Below are positions 54,200 through 64,000 of a stretch of DNA of 64,000 bases, piece after piece. This DNA comes from an uncultured Gammaproteobacteria bacterium (GTDB taxonomy: Bacteria > Patescibacteriota > Microgenomatia > Levybacterales > GWA1-39-11): the NCBI GenBank assembly GCA_964511305.1, contig CAZEEU010000001.1, forward strand, positions 191,378 through 255,377, given 5' to 3'. A program made the position numbers and the translations under genes. The notes under the pieces were generated by a model. That model ran no database searches and was not told the origin of the DNA. It was given only the letters and a program-made list of their open reading frames with translations. Positions within the stretch are counted from its first letter, which is position 1. Each line of letters begins with the position of its first letter.

Positions 54200-54652
54200 A
54201 TGCCCCACATTAACGAAAAAATAGACTTTACTGTAGAGGTTTTTTTGGTATTCAATAATAAAGTATTAATACGAAAACATGATAAGTACGATATCTTTAC
54301 AGGTGTAGGTGGCCATATAGAGCCCGATGAAGATCCAGTGCAGGCTGCGATAAGAGAAGTTAGGGAAGAAACAGGATTAGAAATTACTCTAATCGATTAT
54401 CAACAAATTTCACACGAGCCGGGGGATCTAATTCCGCCCTATGCTATTAATAGACATCGAATCAATGACAGGCATGAACATGTTGGTTTTTTCTATTGCG
54501 GTAAAGTAAAATCAGATAAAGTTGTTCAGATAGTAGAGGAAAGAAGTGATGACATCAGCTGGCTCACGAAAAATGAAATATTACAGTCCGACAAACTTTC
54601 TAACAATATCAGGACGTATGCATTAAAAGCTCTAGAGCTTTGCAGCGAATAA
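54200..54652 (+). CDS. NUDIX hydrolase
   Basis: GGHIEPDEDPVQAAIREVREETGL. Confidence 0.92.
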   Translation: MPHINEKIDFTVEVFLVFNNKVLIRKHDKYDIFTGVGGHIEPDEDPVQAAIREVREETGLEITLIDYQQISHEPGDLIPPYAINRHRINDRHEHVGFFYCGKVKSDKVVQIVEERSDDISWLTKNEILQSDKLSNNIRTYALKALELCSE

Positions 54653-55155
54653 TTGTGGATATTATTATTAATCTCATTCTCCTAATTTTTTTAGGATATA
54701 TTATTTATCTCCTATCCTATTCCATGTTCTTCGGCGCTCCATTTGCTGCGCTTTCAGCAAATCGAATTGCAACAATGTTCCAACTTCTACAACCTGTAAA
54801 GAAAAAGAATTTTCTGGACATTGGATCTGGTGACGGACGAATTGTAATTGCGGCTGCACGACAAGGCTTGAAATCATATGGCTATGAAATCAATCCACTG
54901 CTAGTTCTTATATCCCGCATCAAAATCAAAAAAGCTCATGTTTCCGGAACTATTCTTTTAAAGGATTACTGGAAAGAAGATTTTTCTAAATTCGATTACA
55001 TAACTGTCTGGGGCGTACCACCAATGATGGAGCGACTTGAGAAAAAATTGCTCAAAGAATTGAAACCTGGCGCAAAAGTTGCCAGTAATCATTTAAAATT
55101 TAAAAATTGGAAAGTCACAAAAAAGAAAAATGATGTCTATCTATATATTAGGTAA
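54640..55155 (+). CDS. Membrane-anchored SAM-dependent methyltransferase
   Basis: GAPF, DIGSGDGRIV, GYEINP and ELKPGAKVAS. Confidence 0.88.
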   Translation: MQRIIVDIIINLILLIFLGYIIYLLSYSMFFGAPFAALSANRIATMFQLLQPVKKKNFLDIGSGDGRIVIAAARQGLKSYGYEINPLLVLISRIKIKKAHVSGTILLKDYWKEDFSKFDYITVWGVPPMMERLEKKLLKELKPGAKVASNHLKFKNWKVTKKKNDVYLYIR

Positions 55156-56466
55156 ATGAAATTTAAACTATTAATTGCAACAATTATTCTACTAGGCCTT
55201 TTTTTAAGATTTCATAACTACACACAGTATCCTCCACGTGGTGCATCATCTGATGAATATACCTATTCTTTCTTGGGCTTAAGTTTGCTTACAACTGGTG
55301 TGCCTACTTCTTGGTCATATTTTCCGTCTTACCCAGGCCTTGGTCATAGATACGATATAAAAATTGACCATATTTATTTTCCGATTGTATCCCCCTACTT
55401 CGATCATCCCCCACTCAACGGACTTTTGGTCGGTGGGTGGGCACTTATTAACGGCGAAAATACCTTTCAAAAGATCACAATTGGAACAATACGCCAGGTG
55501 CCGATTGCTCTCTGGGTTATCTCCTCCATTCTTTTGTATTTTATAGGGAGAGCATTGTACGACAAAAAAACTGTCGCGTGGGGGCTTTTAATTTATTCTG
55601 TCGCTACTCTTTTTGTCATGGAGACAAGAACAGTATTTGCAGAGAATTTACTTACTCCTCTTCTATTGGGAGCTCTTTTAATATTTCTGACATACAGAAA
55701 GAGAATTAACATACTTCATATTATTATCTTAGCTATCATTTCAGGACTTTCTTTTTGGGCAAAAGAATTAGGAGTAACAGTGGGTGCTTCAATCTTCCTA
55801 CTCATGCTACTTGAAAAGGTCAAGGTAAAATTTATTGTTATATTTTCAATTATTACAATCGTTATTGTCTCTACATATGCACTGTACGGATATCTTTATA
55901 ATTGGCCACTATTCTTAGCGATACTTTCAGAACAAAGCTTTAGAGAGCTGGGACCAAATGTTCTTAATACTCTTCTTTTTAATCCTATTATTGTAAATAA
56001 AGTTTATTTTGATGGATGGTATCTTTTAGGATTTATTAGTATTTTTACTGCGCTTTATGAATTCAAAAAACATCAATACATTTTAATTCCCGCCTTTACA
56101 TATTTTTTCCTTATGATGTTCTCGCTTACCCAACATGGGGAAATGGGTTGGTACGTTATCCCACTGTTCCCATTCTTTTCTTTGCTTACAGCACATCTAC
56201 TTTCAGAAAGTATTAAAAAGGGAGGACTTTACATAGCAACTTGTGCTGTTTTTGTGGGGCTTTTTATTATTCGCTATTACTATGAGGCAAAATTTGGATT
56301 GCCTACAATAGCCTTTAGACTAATGCTACTCGGAATTTTTGGCCCAATGATAGTATTCTACCTACTTAAGAAGGACTTTATGTTGAAGATTTTTTCAAAT
56401 GCTCTTTTCTATATATTTATTGCTATGACAATATATATAACCTATTACTACATCCATCCTCTCTAG
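55156..56466 (+). CDS. ArnT/PMT-like (GT-C) membrane glycosyltransferase
   Basis: LRF...DEY.Y, FDHPPL, many TM. Confidence 0.82.
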   Translation: MKFKLLIATIILLGLFLRFHNYTQYPPRGASSDEYTYSFLGLSLLTTGVPTSWSYFPSYPGLGHRYDIKIDHIYFPIVSPYFDHPPLNGLLVGGWALINGENTFQKITIGTIRQVPIALWVISSILLYFIGRALYDKKTVAWGLLIYSVATLFVMETRTVFAENLLTPLLLGALLIFLTYRKRINILHIIILAIISGLSFWAKELGVTVGASIFLLMLLEKVKVKFIVIFSIITIVIVSTYALYGYLYNWPLFLAILSEQSFRELGPNVLNTLLFNPIIVNKVYFDGWYLLGFISIFTALYEFKKHQYILIPAFTYFFLMMFSLTQHGEMGWYVIPLFPFFSLLTAHLLSESIKKGGLYIATCAVFVGLFIIRYYYEAKFGLPTIAFRLMLLGIFGPMIVFYLLKKDFMLKIFSNALFYIFIAMTIYITYYYIHPL

Positions 56467-57662
56467 AACAAATGTTCCTTATGTGCACTTTGCTTAACAC
56501 CGAAAGACAACACAAAACATACGAGTATTACAAATGCACTAATAAGAAAAGGTAATGGAAGATATACAGTTGCTAATACTCCTGCAATTATTGGACCCAG
56601 AATATTTCCCAAACTAATATATGATGCGTTAATTCCCTGAATTGAGCCTTGAGATTTTTCATCTGTTTCTTTTGACAGTAGGGTTTGGATAAGTGGATTA
56701 ATAAAGGAATTAGCAAGCCCTGACAATACAATTATTGCCAAGAAAACATTTATGCTTGTAGTAAAGAAAATAAGTAGATATGAGAGAGCAGAAATGCTAA
56801 GTGCAATAGAAAATGCCTTTTTCTCCCCAAAAAGTCTTACCGCTCGTTGAAGAATAAATAATTGCGTTACGAGTCCGATTACACCAAAAAGCGTGAACAA
56901 TAATGCAATCTGGTTAGGACTCATATGAAGTACTTTTACGGAGAATGGCTGAAATGCGAATATGAACATTCCTAATGCTATGCTGTATATTAATGAAATT
57001 CGAAGTGTTAGTCCTACATTTGGATCAATAACTGCTTTTGCCATCTTCGAAAAATCAAAAATCTTTCCATGAGTAATTTGCCCCATGTGCTTATTTGTCT
57101 CGGGGAGAAAAAAGTAAGTGATAAATACGGCAAGCAGTGATATTCCTGCAGCGATTAAAAATGGTACATGCAATCCAAATCCTACAGTTGCAGCAGATAT
57201 TGCAGGGCCAAAAAAGAATCCGAATCCAAAGGCGGCCCCAATAATTCCAAATCCCTTTGCTCTATCTTTTGGAGGCGTAGTATCAGAAATAACAGCACTT
57301 GCTACTGGGATATTCCCCGCGGTAATACCATCAAGAGCACGTGCTAAGAACAAGAATAAGGCACTTGGAGCAAATGCTGCCATCACAAATGAAAGCGTTG
57401 TCCCAGCAATAGATGCAACAAGCAATGGCTTTCTTCCATACTTATCTGAAAGTCTTCCAATAAAAGGCGCAGAAATAAATGAACATAAAGAAAAAAGAGC
57501 AAACAATAGACCATTCTGAAAATCTGAAAGTCCAAATTTCTGAGAATATGAATAAAGGATGGGAATAACCATTCCATAACCCAATGCGTTAACGACAGCA
57601 ATTAGTCCAATTATCGTGAGGTTCTTATTTTCTTTTAGTGACTGAATTCGTCTTTTTATCAT
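56463..57662 (-). CDS. MFS transporter (DHA1/TetA-like)
   Basis: GRLSDKYGRKP, ARALDGITAGN and GFFFGPAI. Confidence 0.9.
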   Translation of the reverse strand: MIKRRIQSLKENKNLTIIGLIAVVNALGYGMVIPILYSYSQKFGLSDFQNGLLFALFSLCSFISAPFIGRLSDKYGRKPLLVASIAGTTLSFVMAAFAPSALFLFLARALDGITAGNIPVASAVISDTTPPKDRAKGFGIIGAAFGFGFFFGPAISAATVGFGLHVPFLIAAGISLLAVFITYFFLPETNKHMGQITHGKIFDFSKMAKAVIDPNVGLTLRISLIYSIALGMFIFAFQPFSVKVLHMSPNQIALLFTLFGVIGLVTQLFILQRAVRLFGEKKAFSIALSISALSYLLIFFTTSINVFLAIIVLSGLANSFINPLIQTLLSKETDEKSQGSIQGINASYISLGNILGPIIAGVLATVYLPLPFLISAFVILVCFVLSFGVKQSAHKEHLF

Positions 57663-57720
57663 GAATATCCATTATATAGAAAGCTGGCCAACTTTGATAT
57701 AATGAATAAATTCAGGCAGG

Positions 57721-59172
57721 ATGCGGTTCACACGCCATAAGGCATACTTTATTATCCTACTGCCCATTCTTATCTACTTTCATTTTCGTGGCTTAATAGT
57801 TCATGACGAAGGATATGTTCTAAATAGTGCAGATAAGCTATTACGCGGCTTGATACCTTACAAAGATTTTCACTACAGCTATACTCCTCTTAGCATATTT
57901 CTAACGAGTGCTTCATTTATATTATTTGGTTCAAGCATTTTCTCCTCTCGTATCCTCATGCTTCTCTTAAGTCTTATCTCAAGCCTTTTGATTTATTACA
58001 TCGTGAAGATGTCAGCAAAAAAAGACTTGTATGCTTTTCTTGCTGTAATTGCTTATGTTGCTTGGGGTCCCAGTCATATTAATTTTGCCTGGCCTGTCAT
58101 GTTTGTGTTGCCTCTTACTTTATTGTCAATATATTTAACGCTTTTATATGCACGGACAAAACTCGATTTCCTTCCTTTTACCATAGGCTTAGTTTTGTTT
58201 GGAGCGTTTCTTGCAAAACAAAATTTTGGAATAATTTTTCTTCCAATTTTTGTACATTTTCTGACATTCTATAAAAACCAATTTCAAAAGATCTTGCAGC
58301 TTGTTTATGGTTATGTCTGGGGAGTCATACTCTTTATAATTTATCTTTTGGCAACACAATCTTTCGAAGGATTTTTATCAGATTTTTATGCATTCACAAT
58401 AAAAAAAGTCATTATAAATCAAGACATTACAACTTCTATATTATTTATAGATACACCAATTCAAACGCTTTTCAGAGCTGGAATTTATTTTGTTTTGCCT
58501 GTCATTTCCGTACTGTCCATTTGCATATTAATTTACCGTAAGAAATATCAACTAATATTTATACCTACAATTACATTTATTTACTTTGTAGTTGGTATGC
58601 GTCCAACGAGTGATTATGTCCACCTTGTCCCCCTTTTGTCCTTAGTTGGATTACCTTCAGCAATATTGGTTAACAAACTCCCACTTCCTTTTGTAAAAGC
58701 TGCAATATATATAACTCTCGTTGTAATTATTACTGCAGGTTTTCAGACCTCATTATTTAAAGGTTACTATAGATGGGACATTCCACTTTCTGAGAATAAT
58801 TCTTATCTAAAAGGGAAAGCAGGAATATATACCAATAGTAAATTCTTTTCTGAATACAATGAAATAAAATCAGAAGTTGATAACTACTCTTTTGATGGCG
58901 ACTATATTTATTTTGATACATATTCACCACTTCTCTACTTTCTACTCGATCGACCCCAACCAAATCCCTATGACTTCCCAGGCTTTATATCTGACAATGA
59001 ATATCAAGAGTTATCTGTTTATTCCTTAGTAGCAAAAGATGTAAAAGTTGTTTTTCTTACTGAAAGAACACCCAACACGCAAGTTAGAAATTATGTTGAT
59101 AAAAAATACAAATATATTAAGAAGATCGGTGATTATTACCTTTACGTCAAACTTGACATGACTGACTCGTGA
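57721..59172 (+). CDS. GT-C-type membrane glycosyltransferase-like protein
   Basis: HDEGY...G.IPYKDF..YTPL, AKQNFG, many TM. Confidence 0.78.
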   Translation: MRFTRHKAYFIILLPILIYFHFRGLIVHDEGYVLNSADKLLRGLIPYKDFHYSYTPLSIFLTSASFILFGSSIFSSRILMLLLSLISSLLIYYIVKMSAKKDLYAFLAVIAYVAWGPSHINFAWPVMFVLPLTLLSIYLTLLYARTKLDFLPFTIGLVLFGAFLAKQNFGIIFLPIFVHFLTFYKNQFQKILQLVYGYVWGVILFIIYLLATQSFEGFLSDFYAFTIKKVIINQDITTSILFIDTPIQTLFRAGIYFVLPVISVLSICILIYRKKYQLIFIPTITFIYFVVGMRPTSDYVHLVPLLSLVGLPSAILVNKLPLPFVKAAIYITLVVIITAGFQTSLFKGYYRWDIPLSENNSYLKGKAGIYTNSKFFSEYNEIKSEVDNYSFDGDYIYFDTYSPLLYFLLDRPQPNPYDFPGFISDNEYQELSVYSLVAKDVKVVFLTERTPNTQVRNYVDKKYKYIKKIGDYYLYVKLDMTDS

Positions 59173-59187
59173 AAGTAATATGTGTGC

Positions 59188-59511
59188 ATGGCAACTATTG
59201 AAGATTTTGCAAAACTGGAATTTAAAGTGATCACAGTTCTTGAAGCAACAAGAATGGAAGGTTCTGATAAACTCTTAAAATTAATAGTTGATTTAGGGGA
59301 TGAGAAAAGACAAATTCTTTCTGGCATTGGAAAAAGCTACAACCCTGAAGACATTATTAACAAACAATTGATTGCGATCACAAATCTAGAACCAAGAATG
59401 ATGATGGGTGAAGAAAGTCAAGGCATGATACTTGCAACGGGAGATGATCTGGAAAATATTACGCTTATTCATCCTGCAAAAGAAGTAGCAGCCGGATCTA
59501 AAATAAGATAG
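59188..59511 (+). CDS. tRNA-binding OB-fold protein (MetRS C-terminal/CsaA/Trbp111-like)
   Basis: IEDFAKL, SDKLLKL.VDLG, RQILSGI and NLEPR.MMGEESQGMILA. Confidence 0.9.
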   Translation: MATIEDFAKLEFKVITVLEATRMEGSDKLLKLIVDLGDEKRQILSGIGKSYNPEDIINKQLIAITNLEPRMMMGEESQGMILATGDDLENITLIHPAKEVAAGSKIR

Positions 59512-59513
59512 CT

Positions 59514-59774
59514 ATGGCAAAAACAGACGAAGCACAATTTCAAGTAAATCTTAATCCTGAAAAGGTAAGTATTTTATATACAGACACCGTTTTTATGAAT
59601 GTTAATGACGACGGAGTAACTCTTGATATATGCCAAAAAGTTGGAAATTCAAATCAGCTTCAAGTAGTGTCACGTATTGGAATGAGCCGCGAACATGCAA
59701 ATAAATTTGTAAAAAAGCTTTCTGAAATACTAGCTTTAACCCACGGACACTCGGATACTAGAAATAAGAATTAG
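59514..59774 (+). CDS. DUF3467-like small protein
   Basis: ILYTD.VFM...GVTLD...VVSRIGMSREHA. Confidence 0.75.
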   Translation: MAKTDEAQFQVNLNPEKVSILYTDTVFMNVNDDGVTLDICQKVGNSNQLQVVSRIGMSREHANKFVKKLSEILALTHGHSDTRNKN

Positions 59775-59881
59775 CTCGCTTTCATAAGCTTCACCAATTC
59801 TTGCCTACGGTAAAAATTAGCTTAACCCCAATCACTTTTTTGCCTGTTTGTTTCGCAAAAAAAAGGATTGCTACACAAAAG

Positions 59882-59944
59882 GTGAAAAAGCTTTCTGAAA
59901 TACTAGCATTAACCCACGGACATTCGGATACTAGAAACAAGAAT
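59882..59944 (+). repeat. 63-bp diverged duplicate of the 3' end of the DUF3467-like gene (59709-59771)
   Basis: 59 of 63 positions identical; all four differences are synonymous. Confidence 0.88.
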
Positions 59945-59974
59945 AATCGATTAACTGAATTGACTAATTTAAGA

Positions 59975-60340
59975 TTAAACGAATAGAGATAGAATACGAG
60001 GCACTAGAACTATAGCCCCCACAATTACAGCAAAAATGGCAGATAGAAGTACTGCAGCTGCTGCAATATCTTTTGCAATACGAGCCTCTTTACTATGTTC
60101 TATCTTTATCAAATTTGTCATTTCCTCGATTGCCGTATTTAACATTTCGCAAATAACAACAAAAAATATCGCAAAGATCACAAATAGAAGTTCTACCGTG
60201 GTAATTTTTAGAAGAAGACTTATTGCTAATACTAGTGTACCTACAATTAAATGAAGTCTTACATTTTGGTCAACAGTTACCGAGAGCTTAAGTCCATCAA
60301 AAGCATATCCAAATGATCGAATAAATTTTGCAAGATTCAT
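59975..60340 (-). CDS. dgkA: Diacylglycerol/undecaprenol kinase family protein
   Basis: SFGYAFDGL, EMLNTAIE and AKDIAAAAVL. Confidence 0.88.
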   Translation of the reverse strand: MNLAKFIRSFGYAFDGLKLSVTVDQNVRLHLIVGTLVLAISLLLKITTVELLFVIFAIFFVVICEMLNTAIEEMTNLIKIEHSKEARIAKDIAAAAVLLSAIFAVIVGAIVLVPRILSLFV

Positions 60341-60918
60341 TGTACGAATAATTGTACTACAAAAACTCCAACTACAGTCAGCACTATTCCGCATGTCGCA
60401 CCGACAACAGTTTCTGAAAGAGTGTGGCGTTTTTGTGCTATCCTAGCCCAGGCAGAGATGGGTATTAAGAGTATTAAAAAATACGCAATTCCTCCATACA
60501 ACAACACTATTCCTGTAACCATAGCGGCAACTGAGGCCACATGGATACTTGCCTTTATCTTCCTATTGATTAAGTCCAAAAGTACTAGCGCAATTGTAAA
60601 AAGAATGCTTGCACCAACAAGTGCTTCGGGACCATTTTGTGAATGAATATAGAATGCAAATATTATGATAACTGCAACCGCGAACGGATACAGAATTACC
60701 CTTTGTTTTCGATTCGAAACATCAAGGTTGTTGAAGAATTTTTTCTTTACTCCAAATAAGACAAATAAAGATATAATCCCTGAGAAAATCAGTGAAATTA
60801 TTGTCCAGTAAAAAGCGTTACCAACATCATTTGTAGAACTTAATACAATCAAAAAGACTCCTGGAATAGCAAGAAGTATGGGATGAAGTAGAACTCCTAA
60901 TATCTTGGGCAGATTCAT
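60337..60918 (-). CDS. PAP2-superfamily membrane protein
   Basis: KASIH, WARI..KRHT..E...G. Confidence 0.75.
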   Translation of the reverse strand: MNLPKILGVLLHPILLAIPGVFLIVLSSTNDVGNAFYWTIISLIFSGIISLFVLFGVKKKFFNNLDVSNRKQRVILYPFAVAVIIIFAFYIHSQNGPEALVGASILFTIALVLLDLINRKIKASIHVASVAAMVTGIVLLYGGIAYFLILLIPISAWARIAQKRHTLSETVVGATCGIVLTVVGVFVVQLFVQ

Positions 60919-60919
60919 A

Positions 60920-62134
60920 TTATTTAAGCCATGCAATGGTTTTATCACGTCCAAGTATTTCAAATACTTCACCTAAAGGCAATCCACTTTTCTGACCAGT
61001 TAGATCTTGGTATATCTGTGGGAATTTAATGTTTCCATTCTGCATGAATTCAACTGTACGAGCTATTATTGTCTCGCTATTCCATTGATCTTGTGGAATA
61101 AGGCCTAAAACTGAAGCGTATTCCTTTAATAAATCTGTTTTATTCTCAATGGGTTGAAAAAACGGAACCACCATTGGCTTAAAATCTGCAAGGGTCTTTA
61201 TTCTTGTTTGGGCACTTCTTACAAACTTAACAAAATCATCATCACTCATACCATCCTTGGATGAAGGGTCGAATTCAATAAGTCTTTTTCCCAAATCCTC
61301 AGCGCTCATTTGCCTCAAATATTCTCCATTCATCCATAAAAGCTTTCGCTCGTCAAAAATTGAAGGAGAAGAGTTAACCTTTCCCAGAGTAAAACTCTGA
61401 GATATCTCTTCTTTTGACAAAACCTCACGATCATCTTTTGGTGACCATCCCAACAGCATCAAATAATTGAGAAGCGCTTCAGACAAAAATCCTTCTTTTT
61501 TAAAGTCTAATACGCCCTTGGCTCCTCTTCTTTTTGAAAGTTTCTTACCATCAGTACCCATAACATTAGGCACATGTGCAAATATTGGCGCTTCCCATCC
61601 GAATGCTTTATATAACAGCAAATGCTTTGGGGTTGAAGGTATCCAGTCTTCACCTCGAATTACATGAGTTATACCCATTAAATGATCGTCAACGACGTTT
61701 GCTAAGTGATACGTTGGATATCCGTCTGCTTTTAGAATAATGAAGTCTTCTACATTTGATAACTCATAAGAAATCTCTTTATTTCCTATAGCATCTATCC
61801 ATGAGATGCTCCCTTCTTTATTTACTATAAAACGAATGGCACCTTCTTCTTCTCGCGCTATTCCTTTTTCAACTAATTCCTTTGCGTATTTTCTATATTC
61901 TTCTAGCCGCTCTGATTGAACTACAAAAGAATCCCACTGCGCACCAAGCCAGACAAGCCCTTCTTTTATTATTTCCTCAGCACCTTCAACTTTACGAGCC
62001 TGATCAGTATCCTCAAGTCTTAAAATGAATTCCCCATGTGTTGATTTTGCTAAAAAGTAGTCAAAAAGGGCTGTTCTTATATTTCCGACGTGAGGAATTC
62101 CTGTAGGACTTGGGGCGAATCTAACCTTTACCAT
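60920..62134 (-). CDS. gltX: Glutamate--tRNA ligase
   Basis: RFAPSPTG.PHVGN, RLEDTD, HVIRGEDW and KLSKR. Confidence 0.95.
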   Translation of the reverse strand: MVKVRFAPSPTGIPHVGNIRTALFDYFLAKSTHGEFILRLEDTDQARKVEGAEEIIKEGLVWLGAQWDSFVVQSERLEEYRKYAKELVEKGIAREEEGAIRFIVNKEGSISWIDAIGNKEISYELSNVEDFIILKADGYPTYHLANVVDDHLMGITHVIRGEDWIPSTPKHLLLYKAFGWEAPIFAHVPNVMGTDGKKLSKRRGAKGVLDFKKEGFLSEALLNYLMLLGWSPKDDREVLSKEEISQSFTLGKVNSSPSIFDERKLLWMNGEYLRQMSAEDLGKRLIEFDPSSKDGMSDDDFVKFVRSAQTRIKTLADFKPMVVPFFQPIENKTDLLKEYASVLGLIPQDQWNSETIIARTVEFMQNGNIKFPQIYQDLTGQKSGLPLGEVFEILGRDKTIAWLK

Positions 62135-62170
62135 ATTTGCATTTTAATCTAATCTTCTCCTATACTCAAT

Positions 62171-63241
62171 ATGAGCACAAATAATATGGCAAGTCTAGTG
62201 TTAATAACTCGAGAAGGTAGACTTCTTCTAAAAATAGGGGGGATTTTCTTTGGAATACTTTTTATTATATTTCTTTTTGTACAAGGGGGTACGATGATTC
62301 GAGATGTTTTCTTCCCGAAGCCACCACCCGCGGCAGAGCAAGCCTTTGGAGAACTACCCCATCCAAAATTCCCAGATCAGACTCCTGAAATTATTGAGTA
62401 TAAACTAAATACAGTTGACGGGTTACTCCCAACACTTGTTAAGAATTCGAGAATAAATATCTATAAGCTCAAGCAAAATCACCCGAATCTTCTCGCGCTT
62501 CAAGATGCCAAAAACACTCTTGATTCTGGGAATTTTGTAGAAAACCAAATTAAAATCTCAGACACATTATATCGCTTTACCCAATCAAGAACCGGAGTTA
62601 TTATTGAATACGACATAGTTTCAAAAAACTTTTCTATCACTTCTAATTATTTTGGTAATCCTTCTCTTGTTGCAACTGGACTACTTCCGTCGGAAGAGTC
62701 AATTATCTCAGATACACAATCTTTCCTTCACACTATTGACGCAAATACAGAAAATATTGATTTTGACAAGTCGAAAGTTGAATATTTGGAAGAGAAAAAT
62801 GGAGCTCTTGTTATTGCCCAAAATCTTGGTACAGCACGCTACGCGAGGATAACCCTTTATCAAAAACCGATTGATGAAATTTCAACAGTCTATGGTGTGC
62901 AAGACGGTTCAATCCTTAACTTCCTTGTCTCCTACCCATCATTAAGCTTTCAGGTGCTTGAGGGGATCTTCTTTAATGCTGAGGCTAATTTAGAAGAAAA
63001 AAGCGATTATTATGTAAAATCTACAACGGAAGCCTTTGAAGATCTCAAGGCCGGAAAGGCATATCTTATAAATCCAAATAAGCTGACTTCGGTTGATATA
63101 ACAAATGTTGAAATTAAGTATTACCTGACGAAAGAGAGTGAGGACTTTTTACTACCAATCTACGTATTCACGGGCTCAAACTTTACTGCGTATGTGGATG
63201 CTCTTGCCGAGGCACCGCAAAGTTCACCTTCTCAACAATAA
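62171..63241 (+). CDS. Single-TM exported hypothetical protein
   Basis: TM, PPP..FGELP and LLPIYVF.G..F.AYVDA. Confidence 0.75.
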   Translation: MSTNNMASLVLITREGRLLLKIGGIFFGILFIIFLFVQGGTMIRDVFFPKPPPAAEQAFGELPHPKFPDQTPEIIEYKLNTVDGLLPTLVKNSRINIYKLKQNHPNLLALQDAKNTLDSGNFVENQIKISDTLYRFTQSRTGVIIEYDIVSKNFSITSNYFGNPSLVATGLLPSEESIISDTQSFLHTIDANTENIDFDKSKVEYLEEKNGALVIAQNLGTARYARITLYQKPIDEISTVYGVQDGSILNFLVSYPSLSFQVLEGIFFNAEANLEEKSDYYVKSTTEAFEDLKAGKAYLINPNKLTSVDITNVEIKYYLTKESEDFLLPIYVFTGSNFTAYVDALAEAPQSSPSQQ

Positions 63242-64000
63242 AACTCATTAAGTCCCTTGTATCATAAAATCTATCCTGACTCTTAAGAACCGATACGACA
63301 AAAGTGGAATCTCCCTTTTTAATCGCAGTTAGAAGAACTCCACCTGCCTCATTTGTAAATCCGGTCTTAATACCCAAAACATTGTCATACGCGAGTAACT
63401 CATTAAGATTCTTAAGATAAAATGCGTGTGTATTTGCGCGATTATTAACTTCTATACTTTTGGTTTTGACTATCTCTCTAAAAATATCCCGATCCATCGC
63501 ATAAGCCCCGAGTCGCGCTAGCTCTTCTCCTGTTGTATAGTTGCCGTCTTCGTACCCAGCAGGATCAAGAAAATATGTATTAAAAAGGCCAATCTCTTTT
63601 GCCTTTCTATTCATGTCCGCAACAAAATCTGCTATTCCATTTTTATAATAATAAGAAAGCGTATAGGCTGCATCATTACCGGATGGCAACATGAGTCCGT
63701 ATAGTAAATTTCTAACACTTACTTGCTCACCGGGGGCTAAATGCATTTTTGATCCTTCAACAGAATATATATTTGAAGGCACAGTAAGATAGGAATCGAG
63801 ATTGTAATAATCAAGAACTAAAATAGCGCTCATTACCTTGGCAGTAGACGCTGGAGAAAATCTAAGATTTTTATTCTTACTCGCAACGACAGTTCTTGTT
63901 GTCATATCATAAACAACATACGCGGATGCAGAAGCATTTATACTATCCAAATCCTTCGGTAGTGGCACTGAACTCACCTTTAGATATTCACTAGATGAAG
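63183..64000 (-). CDS. D-alanyl-D-alanine carboxypeptidase (S11), 5' end beyond the window
   Basis: PASTAK (SxxK), SGN and KTG motifs; frame stays open to the window edge. Confidence 0.92.
   Translation of the reverse strand, partial: SSSEYLKVSSVPLPKDLDSINASASAYVVYDMTTRTVVASKNKNLRFSPASTAKVMSAILVLDYYNLDSYLTVPSNIYSVEGSKMHLAPGEQVSVRNLLYGLMLPSGNDAAYTLSYYYKNGIADFVADMNRKAKEIGLFNTYFLDPAGYEDGNYTTGEELARLGAYAMDRDIFREIVKTKSIEVNNRANTHAFYLKNLNELLAYDNVLGIKTGFTNEAGGVLLTAIKKGDSTFVVSVLKSQDRFYDTRDLMSFIVEKVNFAVPRQEHPHTQ

Noticed and set aside
56463-57662. Calling the MFS gene a tetracycline-resistance determinant
   Set aside because: Family motifs only; substrate cannot be inferred and no tetR is adjacent.
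59709-59944. Possible DGR template/variable repeat pair
   Set aside because: Differences are not adenine-specific, all are synonymous, and no reverse transcriptase is present in the window.
59801-59986. 61-aa ORF containing the duplicated gene end
   Set aside because: TTG start without RBS; its similarity is explained by the DNA duplication.

Overview
AT-rich bacterial chromosome segment, genetic code 11. Gene content and style (many GT-C-type membrane glycosyltransferases, Pro/Thr-linker surface proteins, archaeal-type CoA enzymes, -10 boxes directly before start codons) suggest Patescibacteria/CPR, probably Microgenomates; this is an inference. There are about 70 CDS (including ppsA, lon, gltX, def, msrB, maf and a coaD-DUF359 fusion) and two tRNAs (Glu-CTC, Gln-CTG). 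No rRNA, CRISPR array, integrase or transposase was seen. The best candidate for a new system is the minus-strand cassette at 37.4-41.9 kb: an OmpR-type response regulator, an unannotated 37-aa peptide gene with a perfect RBS and a single Trp four residues from its C-terminus, a 6-TM histidine kinase, and a fused class II terpene cyclase / class I (ComQ-like) prenyltransferase. It resembles a ComQXPA-type prenyl-peptide quorum-sensing circuit with an extra cyclase domain. Other highlights: a Crp/Fnr regulon with three identically built tandem-box promoters, tRNA-Gln-derived repeats carrying hairpin inserts, a tRNA-Glu-bounded GIY-YIG islet, and a 1473-aa pilin-protease-propeller fusion. All calls come from reading motifs by eye; no database searches were run.
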